A stretch of DNA of 24,000 nt, taken from NCBI GenBank assembly GCA_903871875.1, contig CAIQIR010000096.1, positions 46,185 to 70,184 on the forward strand. Direction: 5' to 3'. How positions within the stretch are numbered: position 1 is the stretch's first letter; each line of letters starts with the position of its first letter. Shown in pieces: positions 1-8,310 of this stretch. The DNA comes from an uncultured Schlesneria sp. (lineage in GTDB: Bacteria > Planctomycetota > Planctomycetia > Planctomycetales > Planctomycetaceae). The translations under genes and the position numbers were made by a program. Under the pieces are notes generated by a model, which did no database searches, had not been told where the DNA came from, and saw nothing but the letters and a program-made list of their open reading frames with translations.

Positions 1-1216
1 CTTGAACCAACGCTTCGATGGTTTTTCCGCCGTACGCCGCGCCCCCTTCGCGTCGCACGAAATACAGTTCTCGTTGAGAGTCGCTGGAGTTCGCGGAAGT
101 GTCTGCTTTGCCGACCAAGGTGGGAAGGAAGCTGACGCTATCGATGTGCGGCGGAGTCATTGCGCCGGCCGCGTCGGCGATTGTCGCAAACAGGTCCATC
201 GTCACGGCGACGTGGTGGGTCCGTTGTCCCGCGGCGATCTGGCCGGGCCAGCGAGCGACGGCGGGAACGCGCAATCCGCCTTCATACAGATGCTGCTTCT
301 CGCTGCGCCACGGTCCGTTGTTGCCTCCCTGGCCCAGGATTCCTCCGTTGTCAGAGGTGAAAAAGACCAACGTGTTGTCGGCCAGTTTCAACTGGTCCAG
401 CGTATCGAGCACCTTGCCGATCCCCGCATCCATCTGTTCGATCAAGGCGACCAGCTTCGCCCGTTTGTCGTTGATGCCTGGTTCGCGGCGGCGGACCTTT
501 TCCACCCAGTCGACGGGCGGTTGAATCGGATCATGAGGCGCGTTGTAAGCGAGATACAGGAAAAACGGTTGATTCGAATTCGACGCACCGTCGTTTGCTT
601 TCACCTTCGATCGCTCGGTGATGTATTCGCAGGCCCAGTCGGTGAACAGATCGGTGGCATGACCGGGCGGGTCAATGACCTCGCGATCGCGGCGCATGAA
701 ATTCTGACCACCTCGCCGATGCGTCAGATAGTCGTCCATCATGTCACCCAGAAAGCCGTGAAAAAAATCAAAGCCTCGCTCGGTGGGGGTATTCGGAGAA
801 GCCAGTCCGAGATGCCATTTGCCAATGATAGCCGAGTGATACTTGGCGGGTTTCAGGATTTGAGGCAGCAGAACGGCTTGGGGCGACAGCCAGCCCCACG
901 AGTTTTCGGGGGTATGACGGATGACTCCGGGGACACCAACTCGATCGGGATAACAGCCGGTCAGCAAGGCGGCTCGCGTTGGCGAGCAGACGCACGAACT
1001 GGCCCGAAAGTTCTCGAAGGTCATTCCTTCGCGACAGAGGCGATCGATCGCCGGAGTCTGAAGATCACGTGTTCCGAAAGCGGAATAGTCACCCCGTCCC
1101 TGGTCGTCGGCCAGAATCACGATGACATTTGGCCGCACAGGTTCGGCCGCGAAAATTCCCGCGACACAACACTGGCCCGCGGCGAAAGCGATCAGCAAAA
1201 CGAGATATCGCTGCAT
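1..1216 (-). CDS. Type I (formylglycine-dependent) arylsulfatase, N-terminal ~405 aa; the 3' end lies beyond the window start
   Basis: Absent from the ORF track because it has no in-window stop. Hand translation of the minus strand from the ATG at 1216-1214 gives MQRYLVLLIAFAAGQCCVAGIFAAEPVRPNVIVILADDQGRGDYSAFG...SSCVCSPTRAALLTGCYPDRVG...LYLAYNAPHDP...FTSDNGG. This shows a signal peptide, the DDQG metal site and the C-x-P-x-R sulfatase signature. The frame stays open to position 2. Confidence 0.9.
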   Translation of the reverse strand, partial: MQRYLVLLIAFAAGQCCVAGIFAAEPVRPNVIVILADDQGRGDYSAFGTRDLQTPAIDRLCREGMTFENFRASSCVCSPTRAALLTGCYPDRVGVPGVIRHTPENSWGWLSPQAVLLPQILKPAKYHSAIIGKWHLGLASPNTPTERGFDFFHGFLGDMMDDYLTHRRGGQNFMRRDREVIDPPGHATDLFTDWACEYITERSKVKANDGASNSNQPFFLYLAYNAPHDPIQPPVDWVEKVRRREPGINDKRAKLVALIEQMDAGIGKVLDTLDQLKLADNTLVFFTSDNGGILGQGGNNGPWRSEKQHLYEGGLRVPAVARWPGQIAAGQRTHHVAVTMDLFATIADAAGAMTPPHIDSVSFLPTLVGKADTSANSSDSQRELYFVRREGGAAYGGKTIEALVQ

Positions 1217-1269
1217 CGACGGAACATCCTTTGGTGAAGACGGTCGATCTCGAACAGCCGATCGTCAGT

Positions 1270-1890
1270 TTAACGCCGCCGCCACAGGCCGCGATGAATC
1301 GTACATCCCATGCGTCGGCCTCGGCGATGATAGCCGGTCAGAAAATCATTATCGTCGGCTCCGGCCGGTTCGGCAGGCGGTTCGAGCGGGACGAATTCGG
1401 GGTGATGATTCATCAAGGCCGAGATCACTTCGAAGTACTCGCCCACGTCCGACCACGAATGAACAAAGCCATCGTGTTTCACGACCTGGGCCAGCAGATT
1501 GGCGAATTCATCGGTGAACAGTCGGCGTTTCGCATGCTTTCGTTTCCACCAGGGATCCGGAAAGTAGACTCGAGCCGCGTCGACCGAATGGGGTTTGACG
1601 TGATTCGTCAAGAACTGTCGGGCATCACCGCCGATGATGCGTCCATTCGGAAGTTCTCGTTTGGCCAGCCGCTTGGCCCCATGTCGGCCTTCGGTGAAAT
1701 CCAGTTCCAGGCCCAACCAATTTGTTTCGGGGTGGTTCATGGTCGAATCGAACAGGAACTTGCCGCGTCCACAGCCGATATCGAGCTCGACCGGATTCGA
1801 ATTCCCAAAGACGTCACTCCATTCCAGCACCCCTTGAACCTCGTCCAGGGCCGTGAAATAGGGACGCAAATCAACCGCCGGGCGAGACAT
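1270..1890 (-). CDS. trmB: tRNA (guanine46-N7)-methyltransferase TrmB
   Basis: SAM-binding motif LDIGCGRGKF and the TrmB hallmark VYFPDPWWKRKHAKRRL. The ORF extends to a GTG at 1920; the ATG at 1890 (MSRPAVDL...) is the more likely start. Confidence 0.85.
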   Translation of the reverse strand: MSRPAVDLRPYFTALDEVQGVLEWSDVFGNSNPVELDIGCGRGKFLFDSTMNHPETNWLGLELDFTEGRHGAKRLAKRELPNGRIIGGDARQFLTNHVKPHSVDAARVYFPDPWWKRKHAKRRLFTDEFANLLAQVVKHDGFVHSWSDVGEYFEVISALMNHHPEFVPLEPPAEPAGADDNDFLTGYHRRGRRMGCTIHRGLWRRR

Positions 1891-2083
1891 CACTTGAATC
1901 CTCAAACTCCACAATGCCACGACAGGAAAATAAATCCTGCCTGTCAGGCGAACAACAAGACAACCTGAGCCAAACCGAACGATAAGAATCCCCGTCGGTT
2001 CAGTTGGGGCAAATCAGCCCAACCGGTCCCCATCGCGCGAACGATCAGGCGATTCGTAACCCCTGATGCGACGCGCGTGAAAA

Positions 2084-2593
2084 TCAGTCGGCGGCAGGGG
2101 AGCGGCTTTTGTCGATGGGGACGCCGATCATGCGGCCGCAGAAGACCATTTTGTCTTTGACGAAGCCCTGAAAATCGAATTCGGCTCGCCGTCCCGGTCG
2201 CAAACTGGTCAATTTCACCATGATCAGCAGACGATCGCCGACAAAGACCGGGGCGCGAAATCGCACTTCGTCCATGCCGCCAAACCCGAGAAAGTCGCCT
2301 TTCAGCAAATCGTACTTCCGCGCAAAGAACCCGGCCAATTGAGCCGCGCATTCGCACAAGACGACGCCGGGCATCAGCGGAAATTCCGGCATGTGCCCGC
2401 GAACCCAGAACTCGTTTGGGGTGATATCTTTGTAGCCAACCAGCCCTTGCCCTGCTTCGTCAACGTAAAGGACGGCCGTCAGCTGCTCCATTTCGAACCG
2501 CTGCGGATTGACCTTCCGAATTTCTTCGATCGAAAACATCGGAGGCTGGTCGAAATTGACGGTGTCCAGGCTATAAATGTGCTGTGGGGGCAT
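2084..2593 (-). CDS. FabZ/FabA-like 3-hydroxyacyl-ACP dehydratase (hotdog fold)
   Basis: 169-aa ORF with an ATG start. It aligns by eye to FabZ: ...FWVRGHMPEFPLMPGVVLCECAAQ... (catalytic His and Glu positions) and GFGGMDEVRFRAPVFVGDRL. Confidence 0.8.
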   Translation of the reverse strand: MPPQHIYSLDTVNFDQPPMFSIEEIRKVNPQRFEMEQLTAVLYVDEAGQGLVGYKDITPNEFWVRGHMPEFPLMPGVVLCECAAQLAGFFARKYDLLKGDFLGFGGMDEVRFRAPVFVGDRLLIMVKLTSLRPGRRAEFDFQGFVKDKMVFCGRMIGVPIDKSRSPAAD

Positions 2594-2632
2594 CGCAGTT
2601 CCTTAACGGCCGGGCTTCAACGGGGCCAAGTC

Positions 2633-2672
2633 TTTCCCGTGACAGAAAGCTTCATCAACGAGTCACGGGAAA
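2633..2672 (-). other. Intergenic stem-loop with an 11-bp perfect stem (tttcccgtgac / gtcacgggaaa) and an 18-nt loop
   Basis: Read directly: 2633-2643 pairs with 2662-2672. It lies about 40 nt upstream of the FabZ-like start codon, on the same transcribed strand. No U-tract follows, so it is not a classic intrinsic terminator. Confidence 0.6.
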
Positions 2673-2957
2673 TAAAGCCTTTTCCATGTGATCCTACGAT
2701 TGTCTCTTCCGTCAGTACAGACTTTCAAGGATGAAGGAAGGCTCACGAAAGATCAAGAGCGAACCTTAAAGTCGACCAGTGAAAACGTTCGATCGTCGAC
2801 CAGAGGCGTTCTTCCAATGCCGGCTGATCAGGGGGGCGAGATTCAATCCAACGAGAAATCGCCGGATACTGATGGGTTGCAATGCGGCCGGGTGCTGGCT
2901 GACTCGTCGAGTGTGAAGCCGAATTCATTGTGCCACTGGCAGTTTGGTGCCTCGACA

Positions 2958-3953
2958 TCAGCTCGCTTTCGCAGCCATCAGACTGATCCGCAAATTCTTG
3001 TCAAAGTGAGCCGTCGCGATCTGTAATCCGTCAGGATGCACTGACATGTCGCGCGCCTGACTGCCGAGATTAAACGAGTGGAACTCGTCCTTTTGATCGA
3101 ACTTCCAGAAAAAGAGATGTCCGCCGCCCTGCCCGCCCGTGGCGCCGATCAAAAATCCCGCGGGATGCGGTACCACGCCCCACGCGGTCCCCTGGATCTT
3201 GGCTTTTGAGCCATGCTCGACCAGTTCTTTGCCGGTTTCCCATTCGATTTGAGTGATCAGGGGAAATCCGATGCCCGCGAATGAATTGGTGATCGCTGTG
3301 ATACCGCCGGCGAAGATCTGTTTGCCGTCGTGAGCGACCGCCAGGCAGAACGGACCACCATAGTCGGCCTGAAAACCGGTGTCATGCTTGGTCAGGCCGG
3401 CGATCGTGAAGGTTCGCGTTTGCTTGCCCGTTTCGATTTCCCATTCGATGAATTTGGCCAGCAGGTCGCCTGAAACCAGTTGCTTGCCGTCGGGATGAAA
3501 GACCACATTGTAGACATGCTGTTCGTGGCCGATCAGTTCGCGTACGAGACTGCCGTCGGCCAGCGACCAGACTTTCACTTTCAAATCGTTCCCGCATGAC
3601 GCCAGCCATTTCCGATCGGGACTGATGGCCAGTGCACGAATCCAGCCTTGATGAGCCTGAATTGTGCGTAGCGGCACAGGGGCTTCGGCGGCCGTGGCCC
3701 ACCAGATCAGACGTCCGTCGTTGCCACCAGTCACCAGCGTGTCGCCATTCTCGGAAAAGACCAGGCCTCGCACCCAGCTGTCGTGGCCGACGATCTCGAT
3801 CTTCGTTCCCGTCGACAGTTCCCAGCGGACGAGCTTGCATTCCTGATCCCCAGCGAACACGAAGCGTCCCGTGGGATCAAAACGACACGAAATCAACGGG
3901 CTGGTATGAGCCAGTGTTTTTGTGTTATGGGTCAGCAGGGGATCAGCAGTCAT
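2958..3953 (-). CDS. WD40-repeat beta-propeller protein
   Basis: Repeated units of GH...-W-V/I-x-L-x-F/S-x-DG-x-L-x-S/G-G-x-D-x-x-L/V-K/I-V/W-W (e.g. GHDSWVRGLVFSENGDTLVTGGNDGRLIWW, HQGWIRALAISPDRKWLASCGNDLKVKVWS, GHEQHVYNVVFHPDGKQLVSG). The ATG at 3953 is preceded by GAAGGA 7 nt upstream. The ORF is open up to a TTG at 3989. Confidence 0.85.
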   Translation of the reverse strand: MTADPLLTHNTKTLAHTSPLISCRFDPTGRFVFAGDQECKLVRWELSTGTKIEIVGHDSWVRGLVFSENGDTLVTGGNDGRLIWWATAAEAPVPLRTIQAHQGWIRALAISPDRKWLASCGNDLKVKVWSLADGSLVRELIGHEQHVYNVVFHPDGKQLVSGDLLAKFIEWEIETGKQTRTFTIAGLTKHDTGFQADYGGPFCLAVAHDGKQIFAGGITAITNSFAGIGFPLITQIEWETGKELVEHGSKAKIQGTAWGVVPHPAGFLIGATGGQGGGHLFFWKFDQKDEFHSFNLGSQARDMSVHPDGLQIATAHFDKNLRISLMAAKAS

Positions 3954-4194
3954 CAAGCGGTCCTTCGAAGGAAACAAACAGCGCGCCAAGCACCGCGAAA
4001 ATGGTAGTCGACTGATTTCGCGAGTCAGCGTTTTTTAGTGGCCCTCTTGCTCCGCCGAGAGGAAAGCGCGAATCGCCTTCAGCAGGATTTTCATGGAACG
4101 TGTTCGGAGTTGTTATCGGCCGCCGATACGCCGACGCTCCTCACGGCAAAGCGAGAGGTCGACTGAAAAACGACTACTTTGCACTTAATCGCCA

Positions 4195-5700
4195 TCAAGC
4201 CAGCAGTTCGGTAATCACCCTGCTGGATTCGGGAACCAGTGGAATCGGTCGTCCTGTCTTGTCTGGCAGGAAGACGTGAGGATCGATTCCCAGCAAATGG
4301 TACATCGTCGCCAGTACGTCTTTCGGACCGACCGGGTTGGAGGTCACTTCGCCCGCGTGCTTGTCGGTGGCACCCACGACCCGGCCGCGCGCGATGCCTC
4401 CGCCCGCGAACAAGGCCGAATAGGCCTGCGACCAGTGATCGCGACCGCCTCCATCGCCGCTGGACAGTTTCGGTGTGCGGCCATGTTCGCTGATGCAGAC
4501 GACCAGCGTGTCGTCCAATTGTCCGCGACGATCCAGGTCCAGCACCAGTCCCGAGAAGGCCTTGTCGAATTGCGGCAGTAGTTGATCCACCATGCGTGGG
4601 AAATGGTTGTAGTGTGTGTCCCAGGCGTCACCCGCCAAACCATATTCATCCCAGAAGACGCTGACCAATCGTGTCCCGGCGTCCAGCATGCGGCGAGCGG
4701 TCAGACAGGACTGGCCGAACAACGTCATGCCATACAGTTCGCGAGTCTCTGCCGATTCTTGTCGGACATCCAAGGCAGCGGCGACCGATTGCGACTGGAT
4801 CAGCGAGTGAGCCATCTGCTGAAACGTCGACAGTGACCGACCACTGGCCGATCGGTCGAGGTCGCGCCGTGCTTCGTCCATTTGTTTCAGCAATGAGCGA
4901 CGTCGGTCCAACCGATCGAGCGTGAGCTCGCTGGGCAGTGTCGTCGACGCCATGCGGAAATAGGCGTCGGATTTGCAGCCGACGTAAGGATCAAAAATGT
5001 CGCGGTGGACGGCGCCCAGTTTCTTCAGTACGGACCGATCGGCCTGACCTTCAAACTCGGTCCAGACGGGATTGTATTGCGATCCTAAATAGGCCGCGTA
5101 AGGGCCGGCTCGAAAGACTTCGCCCGTGCGCTGCGAACTGAACGGAAATGGCAAGGCAACGTTCTGCGGAAATGCGGCCATCCCGCCGCGGCGTTGGCGT
5201 TCAATATATTCCACCGCGCTGCCGAAGTAGGGATGATGCCGGGGATCGTTGGGGCTCAGTTCCATATTCACGTCGATCGCCGGTACGCCGGTCATCGCGT
5301 GGGCCACCCCGTGCAGCGGATACTCGTGATGGATCGATCGCAAGACGGTGGTCCGGTCCATCATGCGAGACATCAGCGGCAAGTGTTCACAGACATCCAG
5401 CCCCGGCACGACCGAGGGGATCGGACGCATGGTGCCGCGAATCTCCACCGGAGCTTCGGGCTTCATGTCGAACGTTTCCATCTGGCTGGGGGAACCGTAC
5501 AAGAAGAGAATGATGCAGCGTTTGGCTCGACCGAAGCCGTCGGGCATCGCACGGGCGTCCGAGGCTTCGGCCTGGGCCGCATCGGCTTGAAGAAGTTGCG
5601 GCAGCGAGAGGCCCAATAATCCGGTTCCGCCGACCTCCAGCAATTCCCGGCGAGTCAATCCGGTGCAAAGGCGTCTGGGTGAACTGAGCAATCGCAACAT
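4195..5700 (-). CDS. DUF1501 domain protein (sulfatase/alkaline-phosphatase-like fold) with a twin-arginine signal
   Basis: N-terminus MLRLLSSPRRLCTGLTRRELLEVGGTGLLGLSLPQLL is Tat-like. The body is typical of planctomycete DUF1501 (CIILFLYGSPSQMETFDMKPEAP..., ...SEHGRTPKL...GGRDHW...). The ATG at 5700 is preferred over the TTG at 5718. Confidence 0.85.
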   Translation of the reverse strand: MLRLLSSPRRLCTGLTRRELLEVGGTGLLGLSLPQLLQADAAQAEASDARAMPDGFGRAKRCIILFLYGSPSQMETFDMKPEAPVEIRGTMRPIPSVVPGLDVCEHLPLMSRMMDRTTVLRSIHHEYPLHGVAHAMTGVPAIDVNMELSPNDPRHHPYFGSAVEYIERQRRGGMAAFPQNVALPFPFSSQRTGEVFRAGPYAAYLGSQYNPVWTEFEGQADRSVLKKLGAVHRDIFDPYVGCKSDAYFRMASTTLPSELTLDRLDRRRSLLKQMDEARRDLDRSASGRSLSTFQQMAHSLIQSQSVAAALDVRQESAETRELYGMTLFGQSCLTARRMLDAGTRLVSVFWDEYGLAGDAWDTHYNHFPRMVDQLLPQFDKAFSGLVLDLDRRGQLDDTLVVCISEHGRTPKLSSGDGGGRDHWSQAYSALFAGGGIARGRVVGATDKHAGEVTSNPVGPKDVLATMYHLLGIDPHVFLPDKTGRPIPLVPESSRVITELLA

Positions 5701-5822
5701 TCCGGGTCCCTTTCTCAATCTCGAATCAAAATTATCCTATGCTATCGGCGTTTCTGTTCGCAAGCCGTAGTATTCGCCTTCCCGCAGTCTGCGACGAATC
5801 GACATAACCCAAAGGATCTTCG

Positions 5823-7736
5823 GTGTTTGAGGACCATTTCCAGAAACTGATGCGCGGCCTGGATCAGGAAGCCGAGGCCACGACGGCCGAGAATATCCGG
5901 CTGTCGCGTCGCGCGTCCGACGAACAGGCCGAACGGAACGGAAACAGTCTGGTGGCGTTAGCGATTCGTGATGAAACGGTGGGGTTTGGCGGTCGATCGG
6001 TGGTGGTGCTGGGGAAACGCGATCGGCGATTGGAACTTCCGTGGTCACGGCTTTCCACCGGCTCGCCCGTCGTGCTGTCTGATCAACAGGCGAAAGACCA
6101 ATTGGGATGGCGCGGCGTGGTGACGCAGCGCGACCGCGAAACGATCACTGTCGTACTCGGTGACTCTCCAGAATCAATGGCCGATCGGCCCCTGTATCGA
6201 CTGGATCTGAGTACCGATGAAGTCGCGCGGGATCGTCAACGTGACGCGCTGCGGAAGGCCGCCGCGACGGAGCGTGGTCCACTGGAAAAACTTAAGCAGC
6301 GATTGCTGGGGCACGAGTCGCCCGTCTTTCATCCGCCGCGGGATTGGACTCCCTTCGGCACGCTGGACGAATCGCAACAAGCCGCAGTCAGCCATGCGTT
6401 GTCGGCCGAGCATCTGGCCGTCATTCATGGTCCGCCGGGCACGGGGAAGACAACCACCGTGATTGAGCTGATCCGTCAGGCAGTCCGCCGGGGCGAGCGA
6501 GTGCTGGCGTGTGCCCCCAGTAATTTGGCCGTCGACAATCTGCTTGAGCGATTGTTGCTGGCCGGTGAACGAGCCCTGCGCGTGGGTCATCCGGCCCGAG
6601 TGCTGCCGGAGCTGCGAGAACATACGTTGGACGTGCTGGTGGAATCGCATCCCGATCTGAAGCTGGCGCGAGAATGGACCAAAGAAGCTTGGACCTTGCG
6701 GCGACAAGCGGGCAAGTTCACACGCACCGCTCCTGCCGCGGGAGCACGACGAGACGCCCGTGAGGCAGCCAAACGGCTGCTGCACGACGCCCGGCAATTG
6801 GAATCACGGCTGGTCGATTACCTGTTGGACTCGGCGAAGATCATCTGTGCGACCCTGACCGGACTGAACGAGAATCTGTTGGGTGACCGACAATTCGATC
6901 TGGTGGTCATCGACGAAGCGGCCCAGTCGACGGAACCACCCTGCTGGATTCCGCTGCTGCGAGCCAAGCGCCTGGTTCTGGCGGGCGATCACTGCCAATT
7001 GCCGCCCACAGTGATCTCGTCCGATGCCAAACGAGCCGGCTTCCATGTCAGCCTGATGGAACGCGTCGTGGCTCGCTGGGGCGATACGGTTTCGCGCCGA
7101 CTGACGACGCAGTACCGCATGCACTCGCAAATCATGCAATTCTCGTCAGATGAATTCTACGCTTCCCAATTGACTGCTGACGATTCCGTTCGTGAGCATC
7201 TCTTAAGTGATCTGCCTCACGTCGCATCGCAGCCACTGACTCAAACGGCCATTCGCTTTTTCGATACGGCCGGATCGGATTGCGAGGAACGGGCGGAAGC
7301 TGATGGCGACAGTCGCGAGAACCCGGGCGAAGCGGCTTATGTGGCGCGGCAGGTGGCTGAGTTGATCGCCGCCGGCGTGCGGTCCAGCGAGATCGCCGTC
7401 ATTACACCCTACTCTGCGCAAGCTCGACTGTTGCGAGAACTGATTGCCGACGCGGCTGTGGAAATTGATACGGTGGACGGGTTTCAAGGACGGGAAAAGG
7501 AAGCGGTGGTGATTTCGCTGGTGCGGTCCAATGCCAAGGGAGAACTGGGTTTCCTGACCGACACGCGCCGGATGAACGTGGCCTTGACCAGAGCCCGTCG
7601 AAAACTGATCGTGTTCGGCGATAGCTCGACCTTGGCGAATCATGAATTCTATTTACGTCTGCTGAATTATTTTGAGGGCGAAAATGCCTATGGCACGGTC
7701 TGGGAAATCCCCTCGGATCTGAATGAGGAAGAGTAA
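5823..7736 (+). CDS. Superfamily 1B helicase, Upf1/IGHMBP2 (SMUBP-2)-like
   Basis: All SF1 motifs were read: GPPGTGKTTT (I), VVIDEAAQ (II), LAGDHCQLPPTV (III), TTQYRMH (IV), VDGFQGREKEAVVISLVRSN (V), RRMNVALTRARRKLIVFGD (VI). An N-terminal helical plus beta-barrel region resembles IGHMBP2 domain 1B. The GTG start at 5823 has AAAGGA 6 nt upstream. Confidence 0.9.
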   Translation: MFEDHFQKLMRGLDQEAEATTAENIRLSRRASDEQAERNGNSLVALAIRDETVGFGGRSVVVLGKRDRRLELPWSRLSTGSPVVLSDQQAKDQLGWRGVVTQRDRETITVVLGDSPESMADRPLYRLDLSTDEVARDRQRDALRKAAATERGPLEKLKQRLLGHESPVFHPPRDWTPFGTLDESQQAAVSHALSAEHLAVIHGPPGTGKTTTVIELIRQAVRRGERVLACAPSNLAVDNLLERLLLAGERALRVGHPARVLPELREHTLDVLVESHPDLKLAREWTKEAWTLRRQAGKFTRTAPAAGARRDAREAAKRLLHDARQLESRLVDYLLDSAKIICATLTGLNENLLGDRQFDLVVIDEAAQSTEPPCWIPLLRAKRLVLAGDHCQLPPTVISSDAKRAGFHVSLMERVVARWGDTVSRRLTTQYRMHSQIMQFSSDEFYASQLTADDSVREHLLSDLPHVASQPLTQTAIRFFDTAGSDCEERAEADGDSRENPGEAAYVARQVAELIAAGVRSSEIAVITPYSAQARLLRELIADAAVEIDTVDGFQGREKEAVVISLVRSNAKGELGFLTDTRRMNVALTRARRKLIVFGDSSTLANHEFYLRLLNYFEGENAYGTVWEIPSDLNEEE

Positions 7737-8260
7737 TGACGGAAGAAATGTTTGATGTCGTCGATCAGGAAGACAAAGTCCTGTTTCAATCACCGCGTTC
7801 GGTCGTACATGCCAATCATTGGCTGCATCGGGCCGTACATATCTTCGTGTTCAACTCGCGCGGTGAATTGCTGATTCACCGTCGTTCGGCGACCAAGGAT
7901 GAAGCGCCACTGAAATACACATCGTCTGCGTCGGGCCACTTGAGCGCCGGCGAGGACTATGCGACCGCCGCTGTTCGCGAGCTGGAAGAGGAACTCGGTT
8001 TGAAAACGACCGTCGAGTTTCTGTGCATTTTTCCAGCGAACGGCCGGGAAACGTCGTTCGAGCACAGTGGTCTTTATCGAGCGACAACGGACGAGACGCC
8101 CGTGTTTGATCCCGGCGAAATCCTGTCGGGCGAGTTTCATCCGCTACCGGAAATCGCCGAGATGATTGCTCACGATCCCGATGATTTCACTCATTGTTTC
8201 CGGTCGCTGTTTCGCTGGTATACCGAACGATTCGCCGCTGGAAGCCGCCAACCGTTCTGA
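7736..8260 (+). CDS. NUDIX hydrolase (IDI-like subfamily, lacking the isomerase Cys)
   Basis: Canonical Nudix box GHLSAGEDYATAAVRELEEELGL (G-x5-E-x7-REUxEExGU). The upstream segment LHRAVHIFVFNSRGELLIHRRSATKD resembles the IDI/YfcD-type Nudix fold. Its ATG overlaps the helicase stop (TAATG, shared base 7736). Confidence 0.85.
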   Translation: MTEEMFDVVDQEDKVLFQSPRSVVHANHWLHRAVHIFVFNSRGELLIHRRSATKDEAPLKYTSSASGHLSAGEDYATAAVRELEEELGLKTTVEFLCIFPANGRETSFEHSGLYRATTDETPVFDPGEILSGEFHPLPEIAEMIAHDPDDFTHCFRSLFRWYTERFAAGSRQPF

Positions 8261-8310
8261 GATCCTCGCGGCACGATTCACGTCGCGGACTGGACGAATC
8301 GCCATGGTCG

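Noticed and set aside
2-1237. 411-aa plus-strand ORF, the longest track entry in this region
   Set aside because: Its sequence is Arg/Gly/Val-rich with no motifs. Its codons are exactly in register with the minus-strand sulfatase codons, so antisense stops would require the rare sense codons TTA, CTA or TCA. The minus-strand translation has an unambiguous sulfatase signature. This is a shadow ORF.
1129-1968. 279-aa plus-strand ORF spanning the trmB region (also 6174-6797 minus and 19320-19955 minus)
   Set aside because: Each is antisense to a gene with strong family motifs (TrmB, helicase, metallophosphoesterase). All are shadow ORFs.
4057-4066. GAGAGGAAAG, reminiscent of the RNase P RNA GAGGAAAGUCC core, in the 180-bp spacer
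   Set aside because: The match breaks after GGAAAG, and the spacer is far too short for RNase P RNA. The adjacent 5-bp hairpin is weak.
5823-8260. Reading the helicase plus Nudix pair as a phage-defence system of the Mokosh or Nhi type
   Set aside because: Those systems need a nuclease (PLD or other) domain or partner, and none is present. The helicase architecture matches the IGHMBP2-type family. The flanking genes are ordinary, with no mobile-element or defence-island context. I keep it only as a co-expression observation.
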